NCBI GenBank assembly: GCA_963725865.1
Contig: CAVSAC010000012.1
Location: 1,120,001-1,184,000, forward strand
Reading direction: 5' to 3'
DNA: 64,000 bases
Origin: Candidatus Eiseniibacteriota bacterium
GTDB taxonomy: Bacteria > Eisenbacteria > RBG-16-71-46
Shown here: one piece after another, positions 9,064 to 19,823 of the stretch
How positions within the stretch are numbered: position 1 is the first letter of the stretch
How the letters are laid out: each line of letters starts with the position of its first letter
The notes under the pieces: generated by a model
Databases searched by the model: none
What the model was told of the DNA's origin: nothing
The model's input: the letters and a program-made list of their open reading frames with translations, nothing else
Position numbers and translations under genes: made by a program

Positions 9064-12000
9064 ATGAGCCCACGGGTCTTTGGACTCGCACTGTCGGCAC
9101 TCGTGGGGGTGCCGCTGTTCGCGCCCCCCTCGGCGACCCTCGCCGCCTGGCCAAGTCCGACAGCCAACTTGCCCGTCTGCACGGCCGCGGGCAACCAGGC
9201 AAGGCCTCAGTCTGTCTCGGATGGCGCTGGCGGCGTCATCCTGGCCTGGGTCGACCACCGGCCCGGCGCGCCCGGCATCTACGTGCAGCGCGTCAGCGCC
9301 GCTGGAATGCCGCTGTGGGCCGCGGACGGCGTACGCATTCACTCGCCCTCGTTGGGCGTCGTGGACATGCAACCGATCGAAGAAGTCAATCTCGCGGTGA
9401 CTTCGGATGGAGCGGGTGGAGCCATCGTCGCCTGGGAGGACACGGTCGGTGACGGCAACACGGACATCCTTGGCCAACGCATCAACAGCACAGGGGTCAC
9501 GCTCTGGCCTCCGGACGGCGTGCCGGTATGCCGAGCTCCGGGGCGGCAGTTCTACCCCAGGCTCGCCGCGGACGGCGCCGGTGGGGCGTTTGCGGCGTGG
9601 CAGGATCTTCGCGATGGAATCTACCGAGTGTACGCGCAGCACGTGAGCGCGTCGGGCGCGTGCTCGTGGGCGCCCGATGGGCAGCTCGCCTCGGATGCCG
9701 TCGAGGATGTGCAGCATCCATATTGGTACACGCTCGACATGGTCGTGACTTCGGACGAGCTGGGCGGTGCCATCCTGACCTGGAGCACCACGCGAGGTCT
9801 CGTCGGACAGCGCTTCGACGGGGACGGCACGCGCCTGTGGACGTCCTCCGGTGCGGTCGTCTGCAGCCACCGAAGATCCGAGATCGGGGCGCGGATCCTG
9901 CCCGATGGCGAACACGGAGCGTTCATCACCTGGTTCGACTACCGGGACTTTGGTGGCGACATCTATGTGCAGCGCGTCGATGCAGCCGGCACGAGCCTCT
10001 GGACGGCCGACGGCGTACTCGTCGTCGGCTACGACAGCTTCGATTCGTGGACGGTCCGCATCGCCTCCGATGCGCAGGGTGGCTGCATCCTGCTCTGGCA
10101 GGACACCCGTCCCTACTACTGCTCGCCGTGCAACGGCAGCGTCATCTACGCGCAGCGCTTCAATAGCAGCGGGAATGCGCAGTGGACCCCTGGAGGTGCA
10201 TTGGTCAGCGATCGCGACTCGCGGCTCCGGGGCGGTGAACATGCGGGTCTTCCCGGAAGTCGTCGCGGACGGGAGTGGAGGCGCGATCTTCGCCTACCAG
10301 CTCAACGTCGGAGGGAGCACCGAGTGGCCGGAGGGCCCGTTCGACATCTACTGCCAGCGAGTGGGGGCGGACGGCACGAGGCGGTGGGCGAATGACGTGG
10401 CGGTGTGTACCGATCCCGGCAACCAAGTCCTTCCCGTCCTCGTCCCCAGTGGCCATGGAGCGATCATCGCCTGGATGGACGCGCGCAGCGGGGGATGGGA
10501 CGTCTACGCGCAGGGAGTGGACGCAGGTGTCGAAACGATCACCTTCACCGACATCGGGGCCGGGCTGCCGGGCGGCGAGTGGAATTCGGTCGCCTGGGGA
10601 GACTACGACAGCGACGCCGACCTGGACATTCTGATCGGCTACCTCGTCTACCGCAATGATGGCGGGGTATTCACCGACGCGCATGCCGGACTGCCGGGCG
10701 CGGGTCTCAGCGCCGTCGCGTGGGGCGACTACGACAACGATGGCGATCTGGACATCGCGCTCACGGGTCAGACGGGCGGAGACCCCGAGGACACCGCGGG
10801 CATTTTTCGCAATGACGGGGCTGGGGCCTTCGTCGACATCGGCGCGGGATTGCAGGGCGTGTACCACGGCGCCGTTGACTGGGGTGACTACGACGGCGAT
10901 GGCGATCTTGACCTGCTCCTGATGGGAATCAAGGTCACGGGCAGTCGCATGGAGCCCTTCTCGGCCGTGTACCGGAATGAAGGAGCAGATCGGTTCTCGG
11001 ACATCGGCGCGGCCATTCCGGGTGCGGGCCAGAGCGCGGCGAAGTGGGGGGACTACGACAACGACGGCGACCTCGACATCCTGATGTCTGGGGCCGGGGG
11101 CGCTGGTGCTACCGGCTTGTACCGCAACGACGGCGCCGGCCAATTCGTCCAGGTCGACCTCGGACTTCCGCAGCTCAACTTCAGCGCGGTGGCCTGGGGC
11201 GACTACGACAACGACGGGGATCTGGACTTCCTGCTGACCGGCAGCGGACCAACGTCCATCATCTATCGCAACGACGGCGCCGGTGTGTTCACCGACATCC
11301 ACGCGGGGCTGCAGGGGATGTACTTCAGTTCGGTCGCCTGGGGCGATTACGACAACGACGGTGACCTGGACATCCTGATGAGTGGCGACCTCGTGATGGG
11401 GTCCGTTGCGCTCGTCTATCGCAACGACGGCGGAGTGTTCGTGGACGCTCACGCCGGACTGGTGGGGGCATCACGTCAGGGAGTCGCGTGGGGGGACTAC
11501 GACCAGGATGGTGATCTGGACATCCTGATCGGCTCGCGCGTGTACCGCAGCGACGGCGCGCCGCCGAACACGCCGCCGGCGGCACCGGATGGACCGTGGT
11601 CCATCGACGTCGTCTGGGGAACGGTGACGCTGAGCTGGACTCCGACCGTGGACGCACAGACGCCCGCGAACGGCCTTTCGTACAATCTGCGCGTCGGCAC
11701 CACGCCGGGCGGGAGCGAGATCGCCTCGGCGATGGCGGATCCGGTGACCGGCTATCGGCGGGTGGTCCAGCTCGGTGACGCGCAGCAGCGCACCTCGTGG
11801 AAGTTCCACCTGCCGGAGGTCGCATCGTTCTACTGGAGCGTGCAGGCGGTGGACGGCGCATTCGCCGGTTCGCCGTTCTCGCCGGAGCGCACCTTTGGCC
11901 CGGTGCCCGTGGCCGCCTCGGTTGTGAGCGTCGACACGCGATCGGATCGCATCCTCCTCGTCTGGCACGCGACGGGGATGTCGGAACCCACGGCGAACGC

Positions 12001-12448
12001 GTATCGCCGCGAGGTAGGCACCGAATGGACCGCGCTCGCGCGGATCACGCCCGACGGTACGGAGTACCTGCGCTACGAGGACCTCGCCGTGCAACCCGGA
12101 ACGCGCTACGGCTATCGGTTGGGACTTCGCGACCGCGAGGTCGAGGTGTTCGTGGGCGAGGTTTGGGCGGAGGTGGGCGCCGCGCAACTCGCGCTCGCGG
12201 GTCTGAGGCCGAATCCGGCCGGTCCGAATCCGAGCGTCACGTTCACGCTGCCCGATGCATCGCCGGCCCGACTCGAGGTGCTGGATGTCGGCGGACGGCG
12301 CATCCTCGCTCGTGACGTCGGCTCCCTCGGCCCGGGCACGCACGTCGTGAGTCTCGACCTGCAACGGCCGCTGCCGCCGGGGCTCTACCTGTTGCGGCTG
12401 ACGCACGGCGACCGTGCGGTCACCGCGAGATCGGTCGTGAGTCGGTGA
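9064..12448 (+). CDS. Secreted FG-GAP/VCBS repeat protein with N-terminal DGxGG repeats, FN3-like domain and T9SS-like CTD; one frameshift at ~10215-10235
   Basis: GGAGGA RBS before ATG 9064; signal peptide; (S/A)DGAGGAIVAW..DIY.QR repeats continue across the frame change (VFPEVVADGSGGAIFAY); seven WGDYDxDGDLD repeats; RPNP...LDVGGRRI...PGLYLLRL. Confidence 0.8.
10590..11530 (+). repeat. Seven FG-GAP-type coding repeats
   Basis: WGDYD[S/N/G/Q]D[A/G]DLD occurs seven times. Confidence 0.85.
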
Positions 12449-12735
12449 TCGTCGACCAGGTCGAGTGAATTCGCCGGGCATCGTCGAACCGAACTGGACA
12501 TTCGAGCCGACGATGCCGGCCAAGCTCGAGTCGCATGTCTCGTGCGAGGGCCGGCGCGGCCACGGGCGTCTGCTTCTGCGGCGAGCGCCCGATATCGGCC
12601 CTCATGCGGGCGGGCGGGCGCGCCGATAACCCCCGCGGCACGCGCCCGCGGGATCCCGGGCGCATTCGCGTCGCCCGCGGCCGCCGCGGACGATGCATTC
12701 ACCATCGCACCTCGGGTCCCATGAAGGGAATCCCG

Positions 12736-14071
12736 ATGACCCGACCGGCGACGCGCCGATCCTCAATCGTCCGACGGACCCTCGTCGCGCTCGCACTCGT
12801 TGACGGCCAGCGCCGAGGCATCCGCCGCGGGTGGAACGCCCGAGACGATCTTCCGCGACGCTCGCGCGTACACCGTGCGGATCCGCACGACGATCGAGAC
12901 GCCGTTCCTCGAGGACCAGGCCGGATCGTTCAGCGGGGCGGGGTTCCTCGTGGATGCCGGGCGCGGCTGGATCGTCACCAACGCGCACGTCGTCGGGCAG
13001 TCGCCCTCGACCGTGGAGGTGGCCTTTGCGGACGGCGTCTACAAGCCGGCCCGCAAGATCTACGTGGACTCCTTCACGGACATGGCTGTCGTCGAAGTGG
13101 AGTTGGCTGGCGCGACGCACCCGGCCGCACCCCTCGATTGCGCCCACGTGCCTCAGGTGGGCGAGGCGGTCGGCGTGTTCGGGCATCCGCTCGGCATTCC
13201 CTTCACGGGGACGCGCGGGATCGTGTCGGGCGCGACGGATCAGGCGACCGCCGATCTCGTGCAGATCGACGCGACTGTCGATCATGGGAACTCGGGTGGG
13301 CCGGTGATCGCGTTGGGAAGCGGCCGCATCATCGGCATCGCGACTGCCGGCGCGGGGGGCGACAAGTCGGATCGAGTGAACTTCGCCACGCCCATGAAGG
13401 ACGTCTGCCGTATCCTCGAGCTGCTGCGCCAGGGCGTGCACCCTGACCCCGCGGTCATGTCGTTCTCGCTGCTGAAGAACGAGGACGATCGCCACACCCT
13501 GGAGGTCGGGCGCACGTTCGATGATCGCCGGTGGCCGTTCGCGGTCGGCGATCGCATCGTCGCGGTCGGCGAGGAAGGCGTGCGAGTGAGCACCCTCACC
13601 GACCTGGTCCGCTCGCTGCGAGGCCGGGAGGGCGAGGTGCCCATCCGCATCCAGCGCGGCGGTAAGGACGTCACGATCCAGGTGCGGCCCGAGCGGCGGC
13701 CGTCCGTGATCGAGCGTCGGGGCGTCCGCGTCGATGGGGCGCTGTTCGCGCCGAACGCGTTCGAAGATGGCACCACCTTGAGCGAGCCCGCGCGGATCCT
13801 CGTGCATTCGTTGGAGCCGGCCTCGCAGGCGGAGTTGCTGGGCGTCCAGCGGCTGGACGTCGTTGAGAGCATCGACGGGCGGCGTTTCGAGGAGTTCGAC
13901 GCGCTGGCCGCGTACCTGCGGCAGCGCCCGGCCGGTGCGCCCATCCGAATCGTGCTGCGGCGTATGTCCGACCGGCTCAACCGCTGGTTCGATTACCACT
14001 CACGAGTGCTGCCCGGCGCGGAGCTGAAGTTCATCGGACCGGAGGGCGACCTGCTCTCGAGCGCGCCGTAG
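12736..14071 (+). CDS. S1C (HtrA/trypsin-like) serine protease with PDZ-like domains; signal peptide split by a frameshift at ~12800
   Basis: TNAHVV and DHGNSGGP catalytic motifs; MTRPATRRSSIVRRTLVALAL (ATG 12736) is one frame off TASAEASAAGG. Confidence 0.8.
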
Positions 14072-14195
14072 GCCGCGCGCGGCGCGCATCCGCGGTGGAA
14101 TGACAGACCGGGCCGGTCACCCTTTCCAAGACGCGCGGTTCTCCGCTACCACTCGCCAACCCATCGTGCGGACAAACGCCGCGCTTGCCGCCATG

Positions 14196-16568
14196 CTAGT
14201 TCTGTGCGCGACGCCGGAAGAAGAGGCCGGTCGGCGGACGGCGGTACGCCAGCATGTCCTCGTAGATCGTCTTCGACCGCCGAAGGTTGAAGCCCAACCC
14301 GGCCAGGTACTGCAGTCGCAGGTTCCGGTCGCGATTGATCGCTGCGCCCTGCAGCCAGCCGCGCAGGTCGGGCCCGCGCCCCGCGTACGTGGAGAGCAGG
14401 TGCTCCGCCGACACGAACCCCACTTCGCGCAGCGACTGGGCGACGAGCCAGTAGTCCGGACGCTGCAGCCTCGCCTCCCATGCGTCGAGGTCGAACTGGA
14501 GCGGCGTCGCCTGGCCGACCAGGACGAGGTCGTAGTTGGCGCCGTCGACCGTGGTCGCGAACACGACGCCGTTCGGGAACGCCTCCATGAAGGTGGCGAT
14601 CTCGCTCTTCACTGCCTCCTCGCTGCACTGGTAGAGCTGGACGAAGAGGGTCACCGCGCCGCCCGGATTCAGGTGCTGCTTGACGAGGTCGAAGAACTCC
14701 GACGTGTAGAGCATCGCCGCCCCCTTGACCCAGGGGTCGAGCGGGTCCGACGTGATGGCGTCGAAGGTCTCATTCGTCGTCTGGAGGTAGTGACGGGCGT
14801 CATCGACGTGCACGCGGGTCTTCGGATTGTTGAGGACTTCGTAGTTGTAGGGGCTGAAGTAGCGCGAGATCGTCTTGACCACGAGCGGCTCGATCTCGAC
14901 GATCGTCACGCGCTCGACGGCCGGATCGATGGAGACCGCTCCTGCCGTGACGCCCGCGCCGCACCCGATCACGAAGACCGAGCGGGGGTGGGCGGGCACC
15001 AGCGTCGTCAGATGACCGAGCATCCGCTGGAATCGCATGTCCCCCAGAGCGCTCGATGCCTGCACCTTGCCGGCGTTGTGGTAGGCCAGGACGCCGTCCG
15101 CCAGCCGCGTCACTGCCACCGACGCGTTGAGCCCTTCACCCACGTAGATCACGTTTCCCTGGCGGCCCTGCCTGGCGTTGAACCGGCCGTAGGCGACCAG
15201 GTGCCCCGGTAGCTGCGGCACTGCATTCACCATGAGGGTGCCGCAGGCTCCGAGGATGACGACTGCGACGACGCCGAACCGGAGCCACGGGCGACCCGAC
15301 ACGGGCGCTTTGACGACCGGCGCGAGCGCCACCAGCGCCGACAGGCCGCACAGGAGGATCAGCAGCTGCTGCGTGTGCTGGCTGCCGATCCACGCCACCA
15401 GTAGCAGGCTGGCACCGAGCGAGCCCGCGATCGCCCCCACCGTGTTGGCGGCGTACGCGCGGCCGACCAGCACCCCGGGGTCGTGGCCTTCCGCGGCCAG
15501 CGAGGCCAGGGCCAGTGGGAAGCTGGCCCCCCACAGGAGGGTGGCAGGCAACACGGCCCACAGGCTGCGCACGAAGTCGATCTGGAAGCTGAACCAGGGG
15601 CTGCTGGCGAGCGAGGGGTCGACCGGCCACCACGGCAGCGAGGCGGACAGCATGTAGGCCGCCCACGCGATGGCGGCGCAGAGCAGTGCCTGGCACCACC
15701 CGAGCGCCACCCTCGGCCGCGAAACGCTCCGCCCGATCGCCGATCCGGCCGCGCTCCCGACGCCCAGCCCCACGAGGAACGCCGCGAGGACGAGCGAGAA
15801 CGTGTACGTCGTGCCGCCGATGATGAGCGACAGGTGCCGCGTCCAGACGACCTCGGCCGCCAGGGCGCTCAGCCCCGACAGCGCCGTCGTGACATAGATC
15901 GCGGCGGAGCCCGGCACCGGAACCGCGGTCTCCGATCCGGCTGCGGCGCGCTCGTACGGGGTCATCCGGGCCAGCACCAGCGAGGCCGCGGCCACGACCG
16001 CGTTGAGGGCGACGGCGATGAAGGTGCTCGTCGTCAAGTCGTAGACGCGCAGGAGGTAGAAGCCGGCCAGCAGGCAGCCGATGACGGCGCCGACCGTGTT
16101 GCCTGCGTAGAAGAACCCGAGCCACGACACGCCATCGGGCGTGGTCTTGACCCAGCGGGCGAGCGCCGGCAGCGTCGCGCCCATCAGGAGCGTGGGAGGC
16201 AGGAGGCAGACGGCGGCCGCGATCGCGCGCAGCACCAGGCCCATCACGCCCGGTCCCGCCCACGCGGAGTAGACCCCTCCGACCAGCGGCACGACGATCA
16301 GGACGAGCAGGCCGATGAGGCCGATCGCGCCCTCGAGGACGGCATACACGCGTAGCGGGTGGAGCCCGGCCGGGACGAACCGCGGCAGGAGCAGGCTGCC
16401 GAGGAACAGACCGGCCATGAAGGTGCCGAGCAGCACGCCGAGAGATACCGCCGAGACGCCGATCACCAACTGGAGCAGCTGGAACCACACGACCTCGTAG
16501 ATCAGGGCAGTGCAGCCGCTGAGGACGAAGAGGAACAGCAGGAACGGGAGGACGCGACGAGCGGTCAT
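14196..16568 (-). CDS. Fused MFS-like membrane domain / spermidine synthase-like SAM-binding protein
   Basis: SGCTALIYEVVW and YAANTVGAI TM repeats; VIGCGAGVTA, VEIEP, DDARHYL, FDAITSDP. Confidence 0.88.
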   Translation of the reverse strand: MTARRVLPFLLFLFVLSGCTALIYEVVWFQLLQLVIGVSAVSLGVLLGTFMAGLFLGSLLLPRFVPAGLHPLRVYAVLEGAIGLIGLLVLIVVPLVGGVYSAWAGPGVMGLVLRAIAAAVCLLPPTLLMGATLPALARWVKTTPDGVSWLGFFYAGNTVGAVIGCLLAGFYLLRVYDLTTSTFIAVALNAVVAAASLVLARMTPYERAAAGSETAVPVPGSAAIYVTTALSGLSALAAEVVWTRHLSLIIGGTTYTFSLVLAAFLVGLGVGSAAGSAIGRSVSRPRVALGWCQALLCAAIAWAAYMLSASLPWWPVDPSLASSPWFSFQIDFVRSLWAVLPATLLWGASFPLALASLAAEGHDPGVLVGRAYAANTVGAIAGSLGASLLLVAWIGSQHTQQLLILLCGLSALVALAPVVKAPVSGRPWLRFGVVAVVILGACGTLMVNAVPQLPGHLVAYGRFNARQGRQGNVIYVGEGLNASVAVTRLADGVLAYHNAGKVQASSALGDMRFQRMLGHLTTLVPAHPRSVFVIGCGAGVTAGAVSIDPAVERVTIVEIEPLVVKTISRYFSPYNYEVLNNPKTRVHVDDARHYLQTTNETFDAITSDPLDPWVKGAAMLYTSEFFDLVKQHLNPGGAVTLFVQLYQCSEEAVKSEIATFMEAFPNGVVFATTVDGANYDLVLVGQATPLQFDLDAWEARLQRPDYWLVAQSLREVGFVSAEHLLSTYAGRGPDLRGWLQGAAINRDRNLRLQYLAGLGFNLRRSKTIYEDMLAYRRPPTGLFFRRRAQN

Positions 16569-16665
16569 GAGCGTGTCCTGGTCTGTGCGGTGGGCCACGG
16601 TGCGCGACACAATCGAGCGGACCATAGCAGCGCGCGGCCGCGGCCTTCTAGTCGGTGGAGGCGGG

Positions 16666-16790
16666 CGCGCGCTCCCTCGGCGAAGGCCTGCAGTCGCTCG
16701 ACGTCCGCCTCGAAGGAGTGGCCGGAGGGCGACACGAGGTAGCCGCCGTCCGTCCCCGCCTCATCCAAGAGGCGGCGAACCGCGCACCGA
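16666..16790 (-). pseudogene. Possible C-terminal remnant of a uroporphyrinogen decarboxylase-family gene
   Basis: VRRLLDEAGTDGGYLVSPSGH..EADVERLQAFAE resembles the UroD-family terminal GGYILSP motif. Confidence 0.4.
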
Positions 16791-17181
16791 GCCCGTGTCG
16801 GGTGACGCCAGAGTGCGCACGGTATCCACATCGTGAGAGACGGTTCTCCCGCTGGGCCTGAGACCGGCCTCGAGGCCGAGGATGCCAGGTGAACCGCGCC
16901 GGGTTTCCCGGAGCCCTCGTTCCCAGAGAGGAGGCTGCATTCTGGCCCAGATCTGTCCGGAGACGAGGCCGGCCTCGCCTGCGACGCCGGCGGTGGGTCA
17001 GAGATGTTCACGTGCGAGCCGCACCTCGAATCGCTGCTGGGCGGGGCGATGCCGGAATAGGCGCGACGGCACGGTCGCGCGCGCGTATCTTCAGGAACAT
17101 CCGGGTGGCGGTGGCGAAGCCATCGCTTGTTGTCGGTGGTCTGCGGCGAGCCGGCAGCCTCGCCAAGAAGAGGAGGTTCGC

Positions 17182-17516
17182 ATGGTGTGTCCCAAATGCG
17201 GGTGGAGAGCTCTCATGCCTCCGCGAGGCGCCTCGACCGCAGGGCCGCGCTCATGACCAAGCCCTCTAGTGATGACCTGAGCCTTGTGCCCGTGCTCGTA
17301 ACGAACGATGCGTCCGCGCTGGCGATCGCGAAATCTCTGCTCGATGGCGAGGGCGTCGAATGCGAGGTCCAGGGTGAGTCGGGACAGGAGACACTCGGCC
17401 TCGGCCCGTTCCCCGGTGCGACGGGGCCGATGCGGCTCATGGTCGCGCGCAAGGACGAGGAAGCCGCGCGTGGTTTGCTCGCGCAACCTGACGACGCGGC
17501 CGACACGGACGAGTGA
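17182..17516 (+). CDS. DUF2007 (PII-like putative signal-transducing) protein; N-terminal zinc ribbon frameshifted, intact part 17253-17516
   Basis: AGGAGG then MVCPKCG at 17182; ALAIAKSLLDGEGVECEVQGE...MRLMVARKDEEAARGLL in the next frame. Confidence 0.7.
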
Positions 17517-17711
17517 ATGACCCGCGACTGACGCGCCTCGCGGACGGCGAAGACAGATCGCGGGCGACCGCCCCACCGACATGCCATGCTCCCGGACGGG
17601 CCGAACGGTTCCCGCCCGGAACTCCTCACTGAGGCTGGGCAGCGCACTGCCCTGGCGCGCTTGTCCATACCGGACATCGTGTCCGCCTCGGGAGATGCCC
17701 GCGATGGCGGG

Positions 17712-18272
17712 TCAAGCACACGGCGGAGGAGCGGGTGGATGAGTAACGCTATGCGTCGGCACACTCAGACGCTTGGACTCGTCGGCTAGTTTCTGCCAGT
17801 GACGCTCGTCCCACTCGCCGCTCGCCGCTCTGGAGGTCGAGGGCAGCACCCACACGATAGCGCCATGGATCGTGGACGTGTGCCGGCCGTAGTCAATGGG
17901 CTCAGCGTTCCGAAGACCGAGCGCCTTCCGCGCGGCTGTCTTGCCGTTGAATGCGACGATCGCCGGGGCATTGTCCTGGATCTTGCGGTGGAAGCCTTCG
18001 ACGTCGAAGTCGGAGGCCGCCGGGCTCGCATCGCTTCCGGACCGATCTTTGACGATGTCCGAGAGGCCCAGGCGGTAGTCCGAGATCGAGACGTACTGAT
18101 CGGGTCCGAGCGTGACGGCCGTTAGGCCGGTCTTGGCGAGCGTTGGCCAGAATCGATTCCCGGGGCCAGCGTAGTAGGCGTTCGCTCTCCTCGAGGCGTC
18201 GCCGACTGCGGTGCCGCAGAAGACGGCGTACAGGCCATCGCTGAGGACGTCTTTCAGGACCTCGGCAGTCAT
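17712..18272 (-). CDS. mug: G/U mismatch-specific DNA glycosylase (Mug / UDG family 2)
   Basis: VFCGTAVG, YYAGPGNRFW, VAFNGK, VLPSTS motifs. Confidence 0.88.
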   Translation of the reverse strand: MTAEVLKDVLSDGLYAVFCGTAVGDASRRANAYYAGPGNRFWPTLAKTGLTAVTLGPDQYVSISDYRLGLSDIVKDRSGSDASPAASDFDVEGFHRKIQDNAPAIVAFNGKTAARKALGLRNAEPIDYGRHTSTIHGAIVWVLPSTSRAASGEWDERHWQKLADESKRLSVPTHSVTHPPAPPPCA

Positions 18273-18587
18273 GGCAGGTTCTCGAAGCAGTAGAGCAGCG
18301 GGTTGGGGGCGGTCTTCAGCGCCTCATGGTGCCTGGCCCACGCAGTTGTCTCGGCTTCGGTGACCTTCTGCACCACAAGTTGCGGGCCGGCGACGAGCCA
18401 TACCCCCCCAGTACTTGCGGCAGAATTCCTCGGAACGGAGAACTTCCGCATGGGCCCCGCTCTCGAGCGCATTCTCGCGCTCTTGGTGCATCCAGCCCCA
18501 GAGGTCGCCCTCGCCATGGTAGTGCTTCTCGTGGGCGAGCTTCATGACATCGCGCAGCATCTCGCTGCGAGTGGGCGCGGTCTCCAC
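18269..18587 (-). CDS. Hypothetical ~105-aa protein interrupted at a G7 run (18403-18409); overlaps the mug start
   Basis: TGGAGG RBS then GTG at 18587; removing one G joins ...FCRKYWG to VWLVAGPQ...FENLP; ATGA overlap with mug. Confidence 0.5.
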
Positions 18588-19019
18588 GTTGGGCCTCCAT
18601 TGGGCATCTGGGCTTCCCCGACTCTCCCGGACACCGAACCAGGCGGGGTGGTGTAGCTGCTGTGTATCTTGTGGACTGACGAATCCCAGCACGTTGCATC
18701 GTTGCTGTCGAACTGCGTGGGCGACGGGAGGTGGTGCGTGAGTCGGTGAATCTATTCTCCCTAGGATGGTCGGCGCCAAAGACCCAGGGCCCCGTCTCTC
18801 TCGGGCTAGCTGTTGGAGCAGCTCGGCCCACAGCGCGAGAATCGGGGCAGCGGTTGTCCAAGCCGCTGCTCTGGCGTGACACCTAGCCTGCCCCGGCTGC
18901 GCCCCGGCGCGTCGGGTTCATCATGAGGACGCGCTGAACAGCGAGATAGCCGCGAAGCGACATCGCCCCCACGTAGACGCGAGCGTCCCTGCGGCTTAGG
19001 CTGCGGGGGCGCTCGCGTG

Positions 19020-19108
19020 ACTTGGAGCACGGGAGAGTCGATCGGAGTGCTGCGGAGGCTAGGCCAAGCGGCCGAAGGAACTCGAGCGCGAGAACGCGTG
19101 GCTTCACG
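19020..19108 (+). mobile_element. Degraded IS3-family transposase OrfA remnant
   Basis: STGESIGVLRRLG followed in another frame by *AKRPKELERENAWL, resembling IS3 OrfA (QAKRLKELERENARL). Confidence 0.45.
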
Positions 19109-19469
19109 CTTCCGGCTTCGTGTTCGAACGGCTTGTCTTCACGCCGATGAACACGACGGAGTTCCCGAAGTCACCGCCGGACTCTCAGTTGGCGATGATC
19201 CCGAATCAGGAAGAGACTTAGGTTGGCTGAGTGCACGGGAGTATCCTGTCGTCTTGCGAGGGGTCCTGAGCCTCCGGCCCCTGGGCTGCCTCGAACCTAC
19301 CAGCGATCCTGCATCAGCGGACCGCGCCCGCTCCTCTCGCGACTCCAACCTCCATGCCGACTCTGTCCCCCCGGCGAGGCACCCCCCGTGATTTCCCGGG
19401 GGATCGAACGGATGAACCCAGCTCATTCCATGAAGATGGCGCCGCGAAACAGGCGGCCGCGGAGGAAGC

Positions 19470-19763
19470 ATGAACGTCAAGCCTCTTGCCAATCGGATTC
19501 TGGTCCGCCGCATCGAGGAGCAGGAGATGAAGAGCGGCGGGATCCTCATCCCGGACACCGCGAAGGAGAAGCCGCAGGTGGGTGAGGCGGTCGCGGTCGG
19601 CCCCGGGCGCATGACCGAGGACGGCAAGCGGATCGCCATGGAGGTCAAGAAGGGCGACCACATCCTCATCGGCAAGTACAGCGGCAGCGACGTGAAGATC
19701 GATGGGAGCGAGTACACCATCCTCCGCGAGGACGACGTGCTCGGGGTTCTCGCCAAGAAGTAA
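19470..19763 (+). CDS. groES: Co-chaperonin GroES
   Basis: [36 protein letters not shown]. Confidence 0.97.
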   Translation: MNVKPLANRILVRRIEEQEMKSGGILIPDTAKEKPQVGEAVAVGPGRMTEDGKRIAMEVKKGDHILIGKYSGSDVKIDGSEYTILREDDVLGVLAKK

Positions 19764-19823
19764 GCCGACAGTCTTCGCCGGCCGCAGCCGCGCGGGGATC
19801 GTAGGTAGACGATCGGAGGCAAA

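Noticed and set aside
10590..11530. Regularly spaced TGGGGCGACTACGAC repeats as a DNA array
   Set aside because: Synonymous variation shows they are protein-level FG-GAP repeats.
19200..19470. CIRCE or HAIR operator upstream of groES
   Set aside because: Consensus inverted repeats not found.
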